Part shown: piece by piece, positions 1 to 10,188 of the stretch
Numbering within the stretch: position 1 is the first letter of the stretch
How the letters are laid out: each line of letters begins with the position of its first letter
Origin: an uncultured Chloroflexia bacterium
Lineage (GTDB): Bacteria > Chloroflexota > Limnocylindria > Limnocylindrales > CSP1-4
DNA: 64,000 nt
Assembly (NCBI GenBank): GCA_963713975.1
Contig: OY970218.1
Location: 3,232,001-3,296,000 of the forward strand
Reading direction: 5' to 3'
Made by a program: the position numbers and the translations under genes
Notes under the pieces: generated by a model
The model's input: only the letters and a program-made list of their open reading frames with translations
Told to the model about the DNA's origin: nothing
Databases searched by the model: none

Positions 1-875
1 ACCGGGAAGTGCGGGATCCGGAGCTCGCCCAGGGGCAGCTTCAGGTCCACCATCTCGGCCACGCGCCGGGTGTTGAGGTAGGCATCCCGCTGGTCCGGGA
101 ACAGCCGGAGCATCTCGGCCGCGGTCTTGAGGTAGAACTCCTGACCCTCGAACCGCATCCGGTTGGGAGTGTCGAGGTTGCTCCCGGTGCCCACGCACAG
201 CAGGACGTCGTGCGCCTCGTGCTGCGCCTGGTGGACGTAGTGGAGGTCGTTGGTGACGACGAGCGGCAGGTCCATCTCCGGCGCGAGGCGCAGGAGCTGC
301 TCGTTGAGACGGCGCTGCTCGGGGATGCCGTGGTCCTGCAGCTCGAGGTAGAAGCGGTCCTTGCCCAGGATGTCCCGGTACTCACCGGCCAGGTTGCGGG
401 CCAGCTCCCAGTCGTCCACCTCGAGCGCCTTGGGGATCTCGCCGCCCAGGCAGGCCGACATGCCGACCAGGCCCTGGCTGTACTTCGCGAGGTGCTCCCG
501 GTCGATGCGGGGCTTGTAGTAGTAACCGTCGATGTGGGCATCGGTCACAAGCCGGCACAGGTTCTGGTAGCCGGTCATGTCGGTCGCCAGGAGGACGAGG
601 TGGAAGGGCTGGCTATCAGCCTTGCCCTCCTTGTCCCGCATCGATCGCCGGGCGACGTACGTCTCGATCCCGATGATCGGCTTGATCCCCGCCTTGACCG
701 CCGCCTGGTAGAACGCGACGGAGCCGTACAGGGCGCCGTGGTCCGTGACGGCGAGGCTGTCGAACCCGTGCTTGACCGACGTGTCCACGAGGTCGGTGAT
801 CCGCCCCAGCCCGTCGAGCAGGCTGAACTCGGAGTGGGTGTGGAGGTGGACGAAGTCGTTCGGGGCGATGGTCAC
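1..875 (-). CDS. dnaE: DNA polymerase III alpha subunit, N-terminal PHP domain (runs off window start)
   Basis: Manual minus-strand translation from GTG at 875: MTIAPNDFVHLHTHSEFSLLDGLGRI...TDHGALYG...GYYYKPRID, the DnaE PHP signature. Not in the ORF track because it is truncated. Confidence 0.95.
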   Translation of the reverse strand, partial: MTIAPNDFVHLHTHSEFSLLDGLGRITDLVDTSVKHGFDSLAVTDHGALYGSVAFYQAAVKAGIKPIIGIETYVARRSMRDKEGKADSQPFHLVLLATDMTGYQNLCRLVTDAHIDGYYYKPRIDREHLAKYSQGLVGMSACLGGEIPKALEVDDWELARNLAGEYRDILGKDRFYLELQDHGIPEQRRLNEQLLRLAPEMDLPLVVTNDLHYVHQAQHEAHDVLLCVGTGSNLDTPNRMRFEGQEFYLKTAAEMLRLFPDQRDAYLNTRRVAEMVDLKLPLGELRIPHFP

Positions 876-1099
876 GGGACGTCCATGGTAGCCCGGGAGG
901 AGGCCACGCGATTCGGCCGGAACCCCAGGGATTTGCGCCAGGCGACAGGTCGCCCAGGGCGAGGTGGAGCCAGAAGAGCCGGGACCGGTCGGGCAGCTGA
1001 GGCGAGGGCCTCGTCCAGCCCACGGCCCGGTGAGCCCGCCAGGGTCCCATGACCTCGGGGGTGTTGTGCGTGGCGGTCCGCCGTGTAACGGTGGGCGTC

Positions 1100-1930
1100 A
1101 TGGTGGACTCGGCGTCTGACCCGGTGTCGATCCAGCCGGGGGGCGAGGCTCCCGGGCAGTCCGGCGCACGCGTCCGCGTTCGTGTCGTTCGGCTCCTGAT
1201 CGTCGGCCTGGCGGGGCTGCTGCTGGGGCTCGGGATCTTCTGGGCCTGGCGCACCGTCACGACGCCCCACCGCACCACGCCCGTGTACGACCCGCCGGTG
1301 CTCGCCGGCCAGTGGATCCCCGGCTACTGCTCGGCCGGGGTCTACGCCCGCCTCGGAGACACGATCGTGCTCACCTCGTCACCGCATTGCGCGGGCGAGG
1401 GCACGGTGGCCACATCGCCCGACGGCACCCTCCAGGGCATCTTCGGGCCCATGGCCACGGATGCCGACTGCCCGTATCCCGACCACACGTGCAAGCCCTC
1501 GGACATGAACTACCTCGCGGTCGCGCCCGACCGCGTCCCGTGGGGCCACCTCAACGAGATCGACCTGGGCGCCGGCGGCTACCGGATCCTCGCACCGGAT
1601 ACGAGGCCGATGGCCTGCGCCGACATCGCCAGCGGCGACCCGATCGAGATGAGCGGCCGGGGCAGTTACCGAACCGGGACCGTCGTGGAGAAGGGCGAAT
1701 ACCTCCATGCGGAGGATGGCGACTACTTCCCATGCCTGGTCGCATCGCGTCTCCAGGTGGGCGGCGGGGATTCCGGCAGCGTGGTGCTGGTGCGCGGGGC
1801 CCCAGCGGGGATCACCTCGCGCAGCCTCGACGGGAATATGGGGTTCACGCCACTCGCCGAGGGCCTGGATGCGCTGGGCCTGGATCTCTGCACCACCCCG
1901 GACTGCGGGCTGACGCCTCCGTCGCGCTGA
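1100..1930 (+). CDS. Membrane-anchored trypsin-like (S1) serine protease
   Basis: N-terminal hydrophobic helix, TSSPHC (TAAHC-like His motif), GGGDSGS catalytic Ser motif, several Cys. Start could be 1049 or 1100. Confidence 0.65.
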   Translation: MVDSASDPVSIQPGGEAPGQSGARVRVRVVRLLIVGLAGLLLGLGIFWAWRTVTTPHRTTPVYDPPVLAGQWIPGYCSAGVYARLGDTIVLTSSPHCAGEGTVATSPDGTLQGIFGPMATDADCPYPDHTCKPSDMNYLAVAPDRVPWGHLNEIDLGAGGYRILAPDTRPMACADIASGDPIEMSGRGSYRTGTVVEKGEYLHAEDGDYFPCLVASRLQVGGGDSGSVVLVRGAPAGITSRSLDGNMGFTPLAEGLDALGLDLCTTPDCGLTPPSR

Positions 1931-1974
1931 GCTGCGCCGGAGCGCCCCGTTGGCACCCGGGCTACCCTGCGACG

Positions 1975-2355
1975 ATGGACGAGCCGATCGACGACGCGAC
2001 CTTCGAGGACTGGGTGTTCGAGGCCATCGACCTCCTGCCGCCGACGTTCCAGGAGCGCCTGGGCTCCGTGGCGATCGTGATCGAGGAGTGGCCGACGGAG
2101 GAGCTGCTGCGGTCCCTCGGCGTGCACGGGCTGTACGGGCTGTACCAGGGCGTGCCCCGCTCCGCGCTGGGGGCGGACCATGCGCTCACGCCGTCGCGGA
2201 TCACGATCTATCGGGGCACGTGCATGCGCTCGGCTCGGACACGGGAGGGCGTCCGCGAGCGAGTCATCGACACGGTGCACCATGAGATCGCCCACCATTT
2301 CGGGATCTCCGACGCGCGCCTCGGGGAGCTCGCCGCAGATCACCACGGCCACTAG
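1975..2355 (+). CDS. Zincin-like metallopeptidase family protein
   Basis: LYGLYQGVP...RITIYR...HEIAHHFG (HExxH). ATG at 1975 preceded by TACCCT. Confidence 0.85.
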   Translation: MDEPIDDATFEDWVFEAIDLLPPTFQERLGSVAIVIEEWPTEELLRSLGVHGLYGLYQGVPRSALGADHALTPSRITIYRGTCMRSARTREGVRERVIDTVHHEIAHHFGISDARLGELAADHHGH

Positions 2356-2379
2356 GCCGCGGGCTGCCATACTCCGGTC

Positions 2380-3075
2380 GTGGACGCCCACATCCTGCTC
2401 GTCGAGGACGACCCGTCCATCCGGGAGATCACCGCGCTGGGATTGCGGGGTGCGGGCTTCACGGTGACCACCGCGGCGGACGGCGCTGCGGGGCTTGAAC
2501 GCTGGCGCAGCGATGCGCCCGACCTGGTCCTTCTGGACGTGATGCTGCCGCGCTTGGACGGCCTCGAGGTCTGTCGCGCGATCCGGCGTGAGGCCACCAC
2601 CCCCATCGTGATGCTGACCGCCCGCGCGGACACGATCGACGTCGTCGTCGGTCTGGAGTCCGGCGCGGACGACTACGTTCGCAAGCCGTTCGAGATGCCG
2701 GAGCTGGTCGCCCGCGTCCGGGCCGCGCTGCGGCGCAAGCTCGTGGAGCCCGGTGCCGGCGAGGGCGCCGTCATCTCGCTGGGACCGCTGCGGATCGACA
2801 CGGGCGGCCGGACGCTGACCCGCGAAGGCCGGGAGATCGCCCTGACCAGGACGGAGTTCGACCTGCTCGTCGAGCTGGCGCGCCGCCCGGGCCAGGTGCT
2901 CACCAGGGACACGCTGCTGGACCGTGTCTGGGGGTACGACTACCTTGGCGATTCGCGGCTGGTGGACGTCGCGATCGGCCGGCTGCGCGCCAGGATCGAG
3001 ACGGACCTGGCGAACCCGGACCTGGTGCTCACCGTGCGCGGTGCCGGCTACAAGGCCGCGCGGACCAGCGGCTAG
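2380..3075 (+). CDS. OmpR/MtrA-like response regulator
   Basis: Receiver domain (LLVEDD, LLDVMLP, KPF) plus winged helix (VWGYDY, TVRGAGYK). Confidence 0.93.
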   Translation: MDAHILLVEDDPSIREITALGLRGAGFTVTTAADGAAGLERWRSDAPDLVLLDVMLPRLDGLEVCRAIRREATTPIVMLTARADTIDVVVGLESGADDYVRKPFEMPELVARVRAALRRKLVEPGAGEGAVISLGPLRIDTGGRTLTREGREIALTRTEFDLLVELARRPGQVLTRDTLLDRVWGYDYLGDSRLVDVAIGRLRARIETDLANPDLVLTVRGAGYKAARTSG

Positions 3076-3084
3076 GACGCGGCC

Positions 3085-4524
3085 GTGGTCATCGGCATCC
3101 GCACCCGACTCGCGCTCACCCTGGTGGCGCTGGTCGCGGTCACGGTGGCGGCGATCGGGATCGGCGTGTACGCGTTCGTCGACACGTCCCTGCGTGCCCG
3201 ACTCCTCGCCGACGCGCGGCAGCAGGTGGACTTCGACCTCTCCGTGCTCCTGCCCGGTGCCGATCCCCAGCCGGCCGATGCACGGTCGTTCGCGGCCAGC
3301 GGCCTGCCGGTGGCATTCACGCTCCGGGGGGCCGGGCGCGTGATCGCGGACTTCGGCGACGGGGCGCCATACGAGCCCGCCGACCTGCCCGGAGCGCTGG
3401 GCCGTCTCTCGCCCGAGCTCACCGCGATCGTCGCGGCAGGGCAGATCGGCTACGCCTGGCAGTCACTGGGAGGGGCACCGGCGCTGGTGGTCGGCGGCAG
3501 GCAGGGCGGATCGCCCGCGCTCTACTTCGCCTTCCCGGCCGACCAGATCGAGGAGGCGCTCGCGCAGCTGCGGATCGGGCTCCTCGTCGGAGGCCTGCTG
3601 GCGGTCGGCGTGGCCCTCCTCGTGGCGGGTCTCATCGCGCGCTGGCTGCTGAGACCGGTGACCCAGGCGGCCGCGGCGGCACGGATGATCGCCGGTGGTG
3701 ATCTCGCAGTGCGGTTGCCCGAGGGTGGGCGGGACGAGGTCGGCCGGTGGGCCGTGGACTTCAATCGGATGGCGGACTCGCTGGAGGCGACCATCTCCAG
3801 CCTGGAGAACGCGCAGCAGCACAATCGGCGCTTCGTGGCGGACGTCGCCCACGAGCTCCGGACGCCCTTGACCGCACTGGTGGCCGAGGCATCGCTGATC
3901 GAGGGCAGACTCGGCGCGCTCGATCCCGACGCGCGGAGGGCCGCCGAGCTCCTGGTGGCGGACGTTCGGCGACTCCGTGTCCTCGTGGACGACCTGATGG
4001 AGATCTCCCGGTTCGACGCCCAGGCGGAGCGGCCGAGCTTCGGGCCCGTGGACCTGGGTCGCGTGGTGACGGGCGCCGTGGCCACGCGCCTGCCCGAGGC
4101 GGCCGTCTCGCTGCCCGGGTCGCCCATCGTCATCAATTCCGAGGCGCGGCGGCTCGATCGCATCCTGGGCAACCTCCTCGACAATGCCCGGGAGCACGCG
4201 CCGGGCGCTCCGGTCGAGGTCTCCCTCTCGCGTGCCCGCGACGGCGCGCTGATCGTCGTGGCGGATCGGGGCCCGGGCGTGCCGCCAGATGCCGTGGCGC
4301 ACCTCTTCGATCGCTTCTACAAGTCGGACCCGTCGCGTGCCGGCGGCAGCTCCGGCCTGGGCCTTGCCATTGCGGCGGAGCATGCCGCACTGCTGGGTGG
4401 ATCGCTGCGGGCCCGGTCGCGGCCCGGCGGTGGGCTGATCGTTGCCCTCGCCCTGCCTGTGACCGGATCGTTACCGGACGGCCATCCGCCCGACATGCGA
4501 CCGGACGACACTGGCGTTCGATGA
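3085..4524 (+). CDS. HAMP sensor histidine kinase (MtrB-like)
   Basis: Two TM segments, HAMP, H-box VAHELRTPL, N-box NLLDNA, DRGPG, GLGLAI. Confidence 0.93.
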   Translation: MVIGIRTRLALTLVALVAVTVAAIGIGVYAFVDTSLRARLLADARQQVDFDLSVLLPGADPQPADARSFAASGLPVAFTLRGAGRVIADFGDGAPYEPADLPGALGRLSPELTAIVAAGQIGYAWQSLGGAPALVVGGRQGGSPALYFAFPADQIEEALAQLRIGLLVGGLLAVGVALLVAGLIARWLLRPVTQAAAAARMIAGGDLAVRLPEGGRDEVGRWAVDFNRMADSLEATISSLENAQQHNRRFVADVAHELRTPLTALVAEASLIEGRLGALDPDARRAAELLVADVRRLRVLVDDLMEISRFDAQAERPSFGPVDLGRVVTGAVATRLPEAAVSLPGSPIVINSEARRLDRILGNLLDNAREHAPGAPVEVSLSRARDGALIVVADRGPGVPPDAVAHLFDRFYKSDPSRAGGSSGLGLAIAAEHAALLGGSLRARSRPGGGLIVALALPVTGSLPDGHPPDMRPDDTGVR

Positions 4525-4540
4525 GCTCCGCACCGAGGTC

Positions 4541-5614
4541 ATGGTCGTGATCCGCTCCAACCGTCCTGTCTGCCTCCCCAGGTCCGTGGCCGTCATCGTC
4601 ATGCTTGCCATCGGGTCGCTGGTCGCTGCCTGCGCCCCCACCAGCGGCCCCCTCGGGACGCCGGCGACCCCGGCGATCACCGAACAGCCGTCGGTCGAGA
4701 TCCCCTCCGAGGATTCGACCCCCGGGATCCCGCGACCGTCCGATCAGCCGCCCTCGACTGCCGGGCCCTCGACGGCTCCATCGGGCTCGGGTCCGGTCGC
4801 GAGCCCAGCCCCCACGGGGGCACCGACCGCCACGCCGAAGGTGACCACTGCCCCGACGCCGGCACCCAGCGATACGACGATCGTCCGAGCCTACTTCGTG
4901 CTCGGTAGCTTCACGAACAACGCCGGGCTCGCACCAGTCCTGCGCGAGGTCCCGGAGACCAAGGCCGTGGCGACGGCGGCCATGAACGCACTCCTCGCGG
5001 GACCGAACAGCACCGAACTCGGTGCCCGACCCGCGTTCTACACAACGATCCCCGACGGAACCCGCCTGCTCGACCTGTCCATCTCGAACGGCGTGGCGAC
5101 CGTCGACCTCACGAAGGAGTTCGCGTCCGGGGGCGGGAGCGCCTCCCTGCTGGGCCGGCTGGCACAGGTCGTCTACACCCTCACTCAATTCTCGACCGTC
5201 GACACGGTGCTGTTCCAGCTCGACGGCCAGCCGGTGACCGTCTTCGGCGGCGAGGGCGTGATTCTCGACCACCCGGTGGGCCGCTCGGACTTCTACGATC
5301 AGGTGCCGGCGATCTTCATCGACCGGCCGGCTTGGAACGCTGCACTCGGGAACCCAGGCGTGGTCAACGGCATGGCCAACGTGTTCGAGGCTACCTTCCG
5401 GGTCCAGCTCCGCAACGCCGCGGGGACGACCGTCGTCAACAAGCAGGTGATGGCCACCTGTGGCACGGGCTGCTGGGGCACCTGGAAGACGACGCTGTCC
5501 TACACGATCACGAAGGCGCAGTGGGGAACGCTCCGCGTCCACACCCTGTCCGCCAGGGACGGCACGCCCGAGAACATCACTGAGTACCCGGTCTGGCTCA
5601 CGCCAGCCGGCTGA
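4541..5614 (+). CDS. Lipoprotein with GerMN and Gmad2-like Ig domains
   Basis: Lipobox LVAAC, Pro/Thr linker, GerMN-like ALLAGP...ATVDL...AQVVYTLTQF, C-terminal ANVFEA...CGTGCWG. Confidence 0.8.
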   Translation: MVVIRSNRPVCLPRSVAVIVMLAIGSLVAACAPTSGPLGTPATPAITEQPSVEIPSEDSTPGIPRPSDQPPSTAGPSTAPSGSGPVASPAPTGAPTATPKVTTAPTPAPSDTTIVRAYFVLGSFTNNAGLAPVLREVPETKAVATAAMNALLAGPNSTELGARPAFYTTIPDGTRLLDLSISNGVATVDLTKEFASGGGSASLLGRLAQVVYTLTQFSTVDTVLFQLDGQPVTVFGGEGVILDHPVGRSDFYDQVPAIFIDRPAWNAALGNPGVVNGMANVFEATFRVQLRNAAGTTVVNKQVMATCGTGCWGTWKTTLSYTITKAQWGTLRVHTLSARDGTPENITEYPVWLTPAG

Positions 5615-5633
5615 TCCACCGGGATCGCGAAAC

Positions 5634-5669
5634 GAGGGCCGTCGCGGTGTACATGCCCCTGCGGCCCTC
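5634..5669. terminator. Hairpin between convergent genes
   Basis: GAGGGCCG...CGGCCCTC inverted repeat; no U-tract. Confidence 0.4.
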
Positions 5670-5671
5670 CG

Positions 5672-6619
5672 TCAGCGGTAGCTCGCGACCGCCTCGATGA
5701 CCAGATCGGAGAAGCGCGCCCGGTCGATGTCCAGGGCGACGTCCACGTTCGGCGTTGCCCCCGGTTGGCCGCGATCGTCCACGACGGTCCGGCCCCGCGT
5801 GAGCTCGCCGGTGGTCTCCACGTCCACGTGGTAGCGGCGTGTGGTGACCAGCCCGGGCAGCGTGACGTGGGCGACGGCCACCGCGTCGTGAATCGGCGTG
5901 TCGGCCGTGCCATACCGCTCGATGTGGAACCTGGTGAAGAAGCGGAGCAGGTCCGCGAACACCCGTCCCACGCGGGTGCCGAGGGCCTCGAGTCGGTCGG
6001 CCTCGGCCAGGCCCATCAGCGCCTTGTGCGTGACGTCCAGGCCGTGCATCGTGATCGGGAGGCCGCTGCGGAACACAATCCGCGCCGCCTCCGGGTCCAC
6101 CCAGATGTTGAACTCCGCGGCCGGCGTCCAGTTGCCTGGACCCATCGCCCCGCCCATCAGGCTGATTCCCGCGATCTTCCCGGCCACCGCCGGGTGGGTC
6201 CGCAGCAGCAGGCCGATGTTGGTCAGCGGGCCCACCGGGATCAGGGTGACCGGCACGGGCGCCGCGGCGAGCGTGGCACGCAGGAACTCGAGGGCGCCCT
6301 CGGGCCTGGGGGTGGAGATGGGCTCCGGCAGGTCGGCCCCATCGAGGCCACTCACGCCATGCACCTCGGGAGCCGTCTCGAGTGGCCGCACCAGCGGCTG
6401 GTCCGGGCCGGCGGCGACCGGGACATCGGGCCGGCCCAGCAGCGCCAGCACCCGCAGCGCGTTGCGCGTCGTGTTGGCGAGCGTCGAGTTGCCCCCGGTC
6501 GTCGTGATCCCCAACACGTCCAGCTCGGGCCTTGCCAGCGCCAGGGTGATGGCCAGGGCATCGTCGTGGCCCGGGTCGCAGTCGATGATGACCGGGGTTC
6601 GGCTGGGCTTGTCGGTCAC
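5672..6619 (-). CDS. Nucleoside hydrolase (IU-NH/Rih family)
   Basis: DCDPGHDD, GPLTN, AEFNIWVDPEAA, HDAVAV. GTG start overlaps the upstream stop codon. Confidence 0.93.
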   Translation of the reverse strand: MTDKPSRTPVIIDCDPGHDDALAITLALARPELDVLGITTTGGNSTLANTTRNALRVLALLGRPDVPVAAGPDQPLVRPLETAPEVHGVSGLDGADLPEPISTPRPEGALEFLRATLAAAPVPVTLIPVGPLTNIGLLLRTHPAVAGKIAGISLMGGAMGPGNWTPAAEFNIWVDPEAARIVFRSGLPITMHGLDVTHKALMGLAEADRLEALGTRVGRVFADLLRFFTRFHIERYGTADTPIHDAVAVAHVTLPGLVTTRRYHVDVETTGELTRGRTVVDDRGQPGATPNVDVALDIDRARFSDLVIEAVASYR

Positions 6620-7647
6620 GGCAACCTCGCAAAGGCGTCGACCAGCAGGCGGGTGAACCGGTCGCGGTCGATGACGATGCCCACATCCGCGTTCGGGGTC
6701 CGGCCGTCGCGCCGGAGCCGGTATGGGAGGCCGTCGCAGACCGTGCGGCCGCGGGCGGGCCCGTTCGTCGTGTCCACCGCAACGTGGTATGGCGCGACCG
6801 CGACGAGGTCCGGGACCACCAGGTGGGCGATCGCCACGGCGTCGTGGATCGCCGTCGTCAGCGACCCGGACCACTCCAGGTTGCGGTCCAGCGCATAGTC
6901 GGTGAGCTCGGCGGCCACGCGACCGGATCCGGTGCCCAGCGCCCGCAGGGCCGACGAGGCCTCGCGGTCGAGCAGCGCCTGGTGCGTCACGTCGAGGCCG
7001 ATCATCGTGATCGGCACGCCGGAGCGGAAGACGACATCCGCGGCCTCGGGGTCGGCGATGATGTTGAACTCCGCCGAGGCCGTGGTGTTCCCCTCCCCGA
7101 TCGAGCCGCCCATCAGGCACAGGTGCGAGATCCGGGCCGCCAGCTGCGGATACAGGCGCAGCAGCAGCGCGATGTTGGTGAGCGGCCCGATCGGCGCGAT
7201 CGCGACGGGCTCCAGGCTGTCCTCGATCAGGCGGGCCATAAGCGCCACGGCGCCCTCGGACCGGGCTGAGTTCGGCGATGGGTCCAGGACCGTGTCCCCG
7301 ATCCCGCTCTCGCCGTGCACCTCGGTCGCGCGCACGACCGAGCCCAGAAGGGCTCCCGCGGCACCCTCGGCCACGGGCACGTCGTCGCGGCCATAGGCGT
7401 GGAGCAGGCGCAGCGCGTTCTCGGTGCAGCGCGCGACGTCGGCGTTGCCGCCGACCGTGGTCACGGCCAGCAGCCGGATCTCCGGGCAGGCGGCCGCCAG
7501 CCCGATGGCCAGCGCGTCGTCCAGGCCCGGGTCGCTGTCGATGATCAGCGGGATCGGGTGGTCTGCGGTCCCGAACGGCGCCGAGCGCGCCCCGGCGCCC
7601 GTCCGGTGATAGGTGGGGACGGCGTGAACCGGTCCCCATTCCTCCAC
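6616..7647 (-). CDS. Nucleoside hydrolase (IU-NH/Rih family)
   Basis: DSDPGLDD, GPLTNIA, AEFNIIADPEAA, IHDAVA. Start uncertain. Confidence 0.9.
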   Translation of the reverse strand: MEEWGPVHAVPTYHRTGAGARSAPFGTADHPIPLIIDSDPGLDDALAIGLAAACPEIRLLAVTTVGGNADVARCTENALRLLHAYGRDDVPVAEGAAGALLGSVVRATEVHGESGIGDTVLDPSPNSARSEGAVALMARLIEDSLEPVAIAPIGPLTNIALLLRLYPQLAARISHLCLMGGSIGEGNTTASAEFNIIADPEAADVVFRSGVPITMIGLDVTHQALLDREASSALRALGTGSGRVAAELTDYALDRNLEWSGSLTTAIHDAVAIAHLVVPDLVAVAPYHVAVDTTNGPARGRTVCDGLPYRLRRDGRTPNADVGIVIDRDRFTRLLVDAFARLP

Positions 7648-7672
7648 GTTGTGGCCCGCACTCACGCGGCGA

Positions 7673-8989
7673 TCAGCCCTGGTCGTAGGGCTGGCCGGCG
7701 GCCGCCGGGCCGCGGACGCGCCCCACGACTCCCGCCACGACGATGATCGTCGTGACGTACGGGAGGCTGTTGAGCAGCTGGGGTGGCACGTCCACGCCCA
7801 GGATCGAGAGCAGGGCCTGGGCCGAGTCCGCGAACCCGAACACCATCGCCGCACCGAACGCGTAGATGGGGTTCCAAGCCCCGAAGATGACCGCGGCCAG
7901 GGCGATGAAGCCGCGCCCCGCGCTCATCCCCATCTGGAAGCTGCCGGCGGACGCGAGGCTGAGCGAGGAGCCGGCGATGCCCGCCATGAGGCCCGCGATG
8001 ATCATCGCGCGGTAGCGGATCTTGATCACGTCGATGCCGACCGTCCCGGCGGCCGACGGCTTCTCGCCGCTCGCTCGCAGTCGCAGGCCCCACCGCGTGC
8101 GGTAGAGCATGTAGGCGAACCCCACCATCACGATTAGCGTGAAGTACAGGTAGGGCGTGCCCGAGAACACGATCGGTCCGATCACCGGGAACTGCGACAG
8201 GACCGGGATCTGGAGCGACTCGACGGTGGGCGGGGTGTTGAACTGCGTGTTCTTGGACAGCACGCGCAGATACAGGAAGTTGGTGATGCCCAGGGCGCCG
8301 ATGTTGATGACGATGCCGGCGATGATCTGGTCGACCTTCCAGCGGATGCCGAGCCAGGCAAGCAACAGGCTGACCAGGGCGCCGGCGATCGCTGCCGAGA
8401 CGATGCCGATCAGCACCGCGACGGTCGGGTTCGCACCCTCCCCGCCCACCAGCATCGCCGTACTGGCCGCGATCGAGGCCACGCAGGCACCGATCAGGAA
8501 CTTGCCCTCGATGGCGATGTTGAGCATGCCGCTGCGCTCGGAGATGATGCCCGCGAACGCGCCGAGGGCGATCGGCGCCGCCAGCGAGAGCGTTCCCCCG
8601 AGGACGCCCGTCAGGTTGGCAGGGGTGCCGGTGAGCATCGCAGCGAGTGCCGTGAAGACCCAGAACGGCAGGACGAGGAGCAGTGACCGCCGCCACGGGA
8701 ACGAGGCGCCCCGGATCAGCTGAACGAGACCCATCACGCCCGTCACGATTCCGGTGAGGATCCACATCAGCCCGACGGACGTCGAGACGGTCGCGCTCGA
8801 GCCGCCCTGCTTGTCGACCCAGAACGAGAACACGGCGGGCGTGTCGAGCGTGCTGAGCGCGAGCTGGAGGGCCCAGACGCCGAGTGCCGCCAGGATGACT
8901 CCGCGAATGCGGGCCGCCCGGAGTGCCTTGCGCTCTGCCGCGCTGACCTCTTCTGTGGCCTGGTCGAGCGTCGGAGTTGCCGCGGTCAT
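7673..8989 (-). CDS. Nucleoside/sugar ABC transporter permease
   Basis: SERSGMLNIAIEG, GRGFIALAAVIFG, many TM segments. Confidence 0.9.
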   Translation of the reverse strand: MTAATPTLDQATEEVSAAERKALRAARIRGVILAALGVWALQLALSTLDTPAVFSFWVDKQGGSSATVSTSVGLMWILTGIVTGVMGLVQLIRGASFPWRRSLLLVLPFWVFTALAAMLTGTPANLTGVLGGTLSLAAPIALGAFAGIISERSGMLNIAIEGKFLIGACVASIAASTAMLVGGEGANPTVAVLIGIVSAAIAGALVSLLLAWLGIRWKVDQIIAGIVINIGALGITNFLYLRVLSKNTQFNTPPTVESLQIPVLSQFPVIGPIVFSGTPYLYFTLIVMVGFAYMLYRTRWGLRLRASGEKPSAAGTVGIDVIKIRYRAMIIAGLMAGIAGSSLSLASAGSFQMGMSAGRGFIALAAVIFGAWNPIYAFGAAMVFGFADSAQALLSILGVDVPPQLLNSLPYVTTIIVVAGVVGRVRGPAAAGQPYDQG

Positions 8990-10188
8990 GCCGCACCCCC
9001 GTCCTGCGCGACCGCTTCGGCCCCCGGCATGCGGGTCCGGTCAAACCGGTAGAGGACGCGGATCAACCCCGGCGCCGCCACGAACATGATCACGAGCGCC
9101 TGGATGAAGAACAGCAGGTCGAGCGGGATCCCGGTCTTGACCTGCATCAGGCCGCCGCCGGTTCTCAGCGCGCCGAACAGCAGCGAGGCCGCGACGATCC
9201 CGGCCGGCCGGTTGCCGGCGAGGAGCGCCAGGGCGATCGCGTTGAACCCGTAGCCGGAGCTGATGTCGTTCGACATCTGGGGAACGGTCCCCAGGACCTC
9301 CATCGAGCCGCCGAGGCCGGCGAGCGCACCCGAGAGCGACATCGCGAGGATGATGGAGCCGCCGGCGCTCATCCCCGCGTAGCGTGCCGCGTGGAGGTTG
9401 AAGCCCGCGGCGCGCAGCTCGTAGCCCTTGGTGGTCTTGAACAGGAACCAGGACACGACGACGGCCATGACCAGCGCGACGACGAACCCCCAGTGCAGCC
9501 GGATCGCCGGCAGGTCGAGGATCGGCGGGATGCGCACCCACGCGGACAGGACCTTCGAGATCGGCTCCGAGCTGCCCTCCTTGCGCAGGAAGTCCGAGCG
9601 CAGGCCGAACAGGACGATCTGGAAGGCCACGTAGTTGAGCATGATGGTCGTGATGACCTCGTGGGCACCCGTTCGAGCCTTCAGGAAGCCCGGGATGAAG
9701 CCCCACGCGGCGCCGGTCACGATGCCCGCGACGGTCGAGAACAGGATGATCACCAGCATCGGCTGGTCCTTGAGCGCGATCGCGGCGGTAGCCGCGCCGA
9801 ACGCCCCGAGGACGAACTGGCCTTCGACGCCGATATTGAACACGCCGCTGCGGAACGAGATCGCGACCGCCAGGCCCGCGAAGATCAGCGGTGTGGCCGC
9901 GACGAGCGTCTCGGTGAGCGGGCGGATCGCTGCCGCCATCGCGCGCGGCGTGGGATCGGCGAGGGCGGCGGCGATCTTGTCCGGGTCGCCGAAGGCGCCG
10001 ATGACCATGGCGTAGTACGCGTTGCCGATCGTCCCGAGTGCGCCACCGATCGCCCCCGCGGGATCGGTCGTGATCTTCTCGAGATTTTGGAAGTCCGTGA
10101 TCAGGATGAAGATGGACCCCACGATGAACGCCGTGAGGACTGCGAGGGCCGGGATGACCGCGGGCCCCAGGGCCCCAAGTCGCCTCAA
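8986..10188 (-). CDS. Nucleoside/sugar ABC transporter permease
   Basis: GVFNIGVEGQ, HEVITTIMLNY, GYELRAAG motifs. Confidence 0.9.
   Translation of the reverse strand: MRRLGALGPAVIPALAVLTAFIVGSIFILITDFQNLEKITTDPAGAIGGALGTIGNAYYAMVIGAFGDPDKIAAALADPTPRAMAAAIRPLTETLVAATPLIFAGLAVAISFRSGVFNIGVEGQFVLGAFGAATAAIALKDQPMLVIILFSTVAGIVTGAAWGFIPGFLKARTGAHEVITTIMLNYVAFQIVLFGLRSDFLRKEGSSEPISKVLSAWVRIPPILDLPAIRLHWGFVVALVMAVVVSWFLFKTTKGYELRAAGFNLHAARYAGMSAGGSIILAMSLSGALAGLGGSMEVLGTVPQMSNDISSGYGFNAIALALLAGNRPAGIVAASLLFGALRTGGGLMQVKTGIPLDLLFFIQALVIMFVAAPGLIRVLYRFDRTRMPGAEAVAQDGGAA

Noticed and set aside
9-1052. Long antisense ORFs (here, and at 32615-34774, 41221-43575 and elsewhere)
   Set aside because: Shadow frames opposite well-supported genes, expected in high-GC DNA.
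5672-7639. 655-aa ORF apparently extending the second nucleoside hydrolase
   Set aside because: The extension is Arg/Pro/Gly-rich off-frame translation of the first hydrolase gene; the real start is GTG 6619, coupled to the upstream stop.
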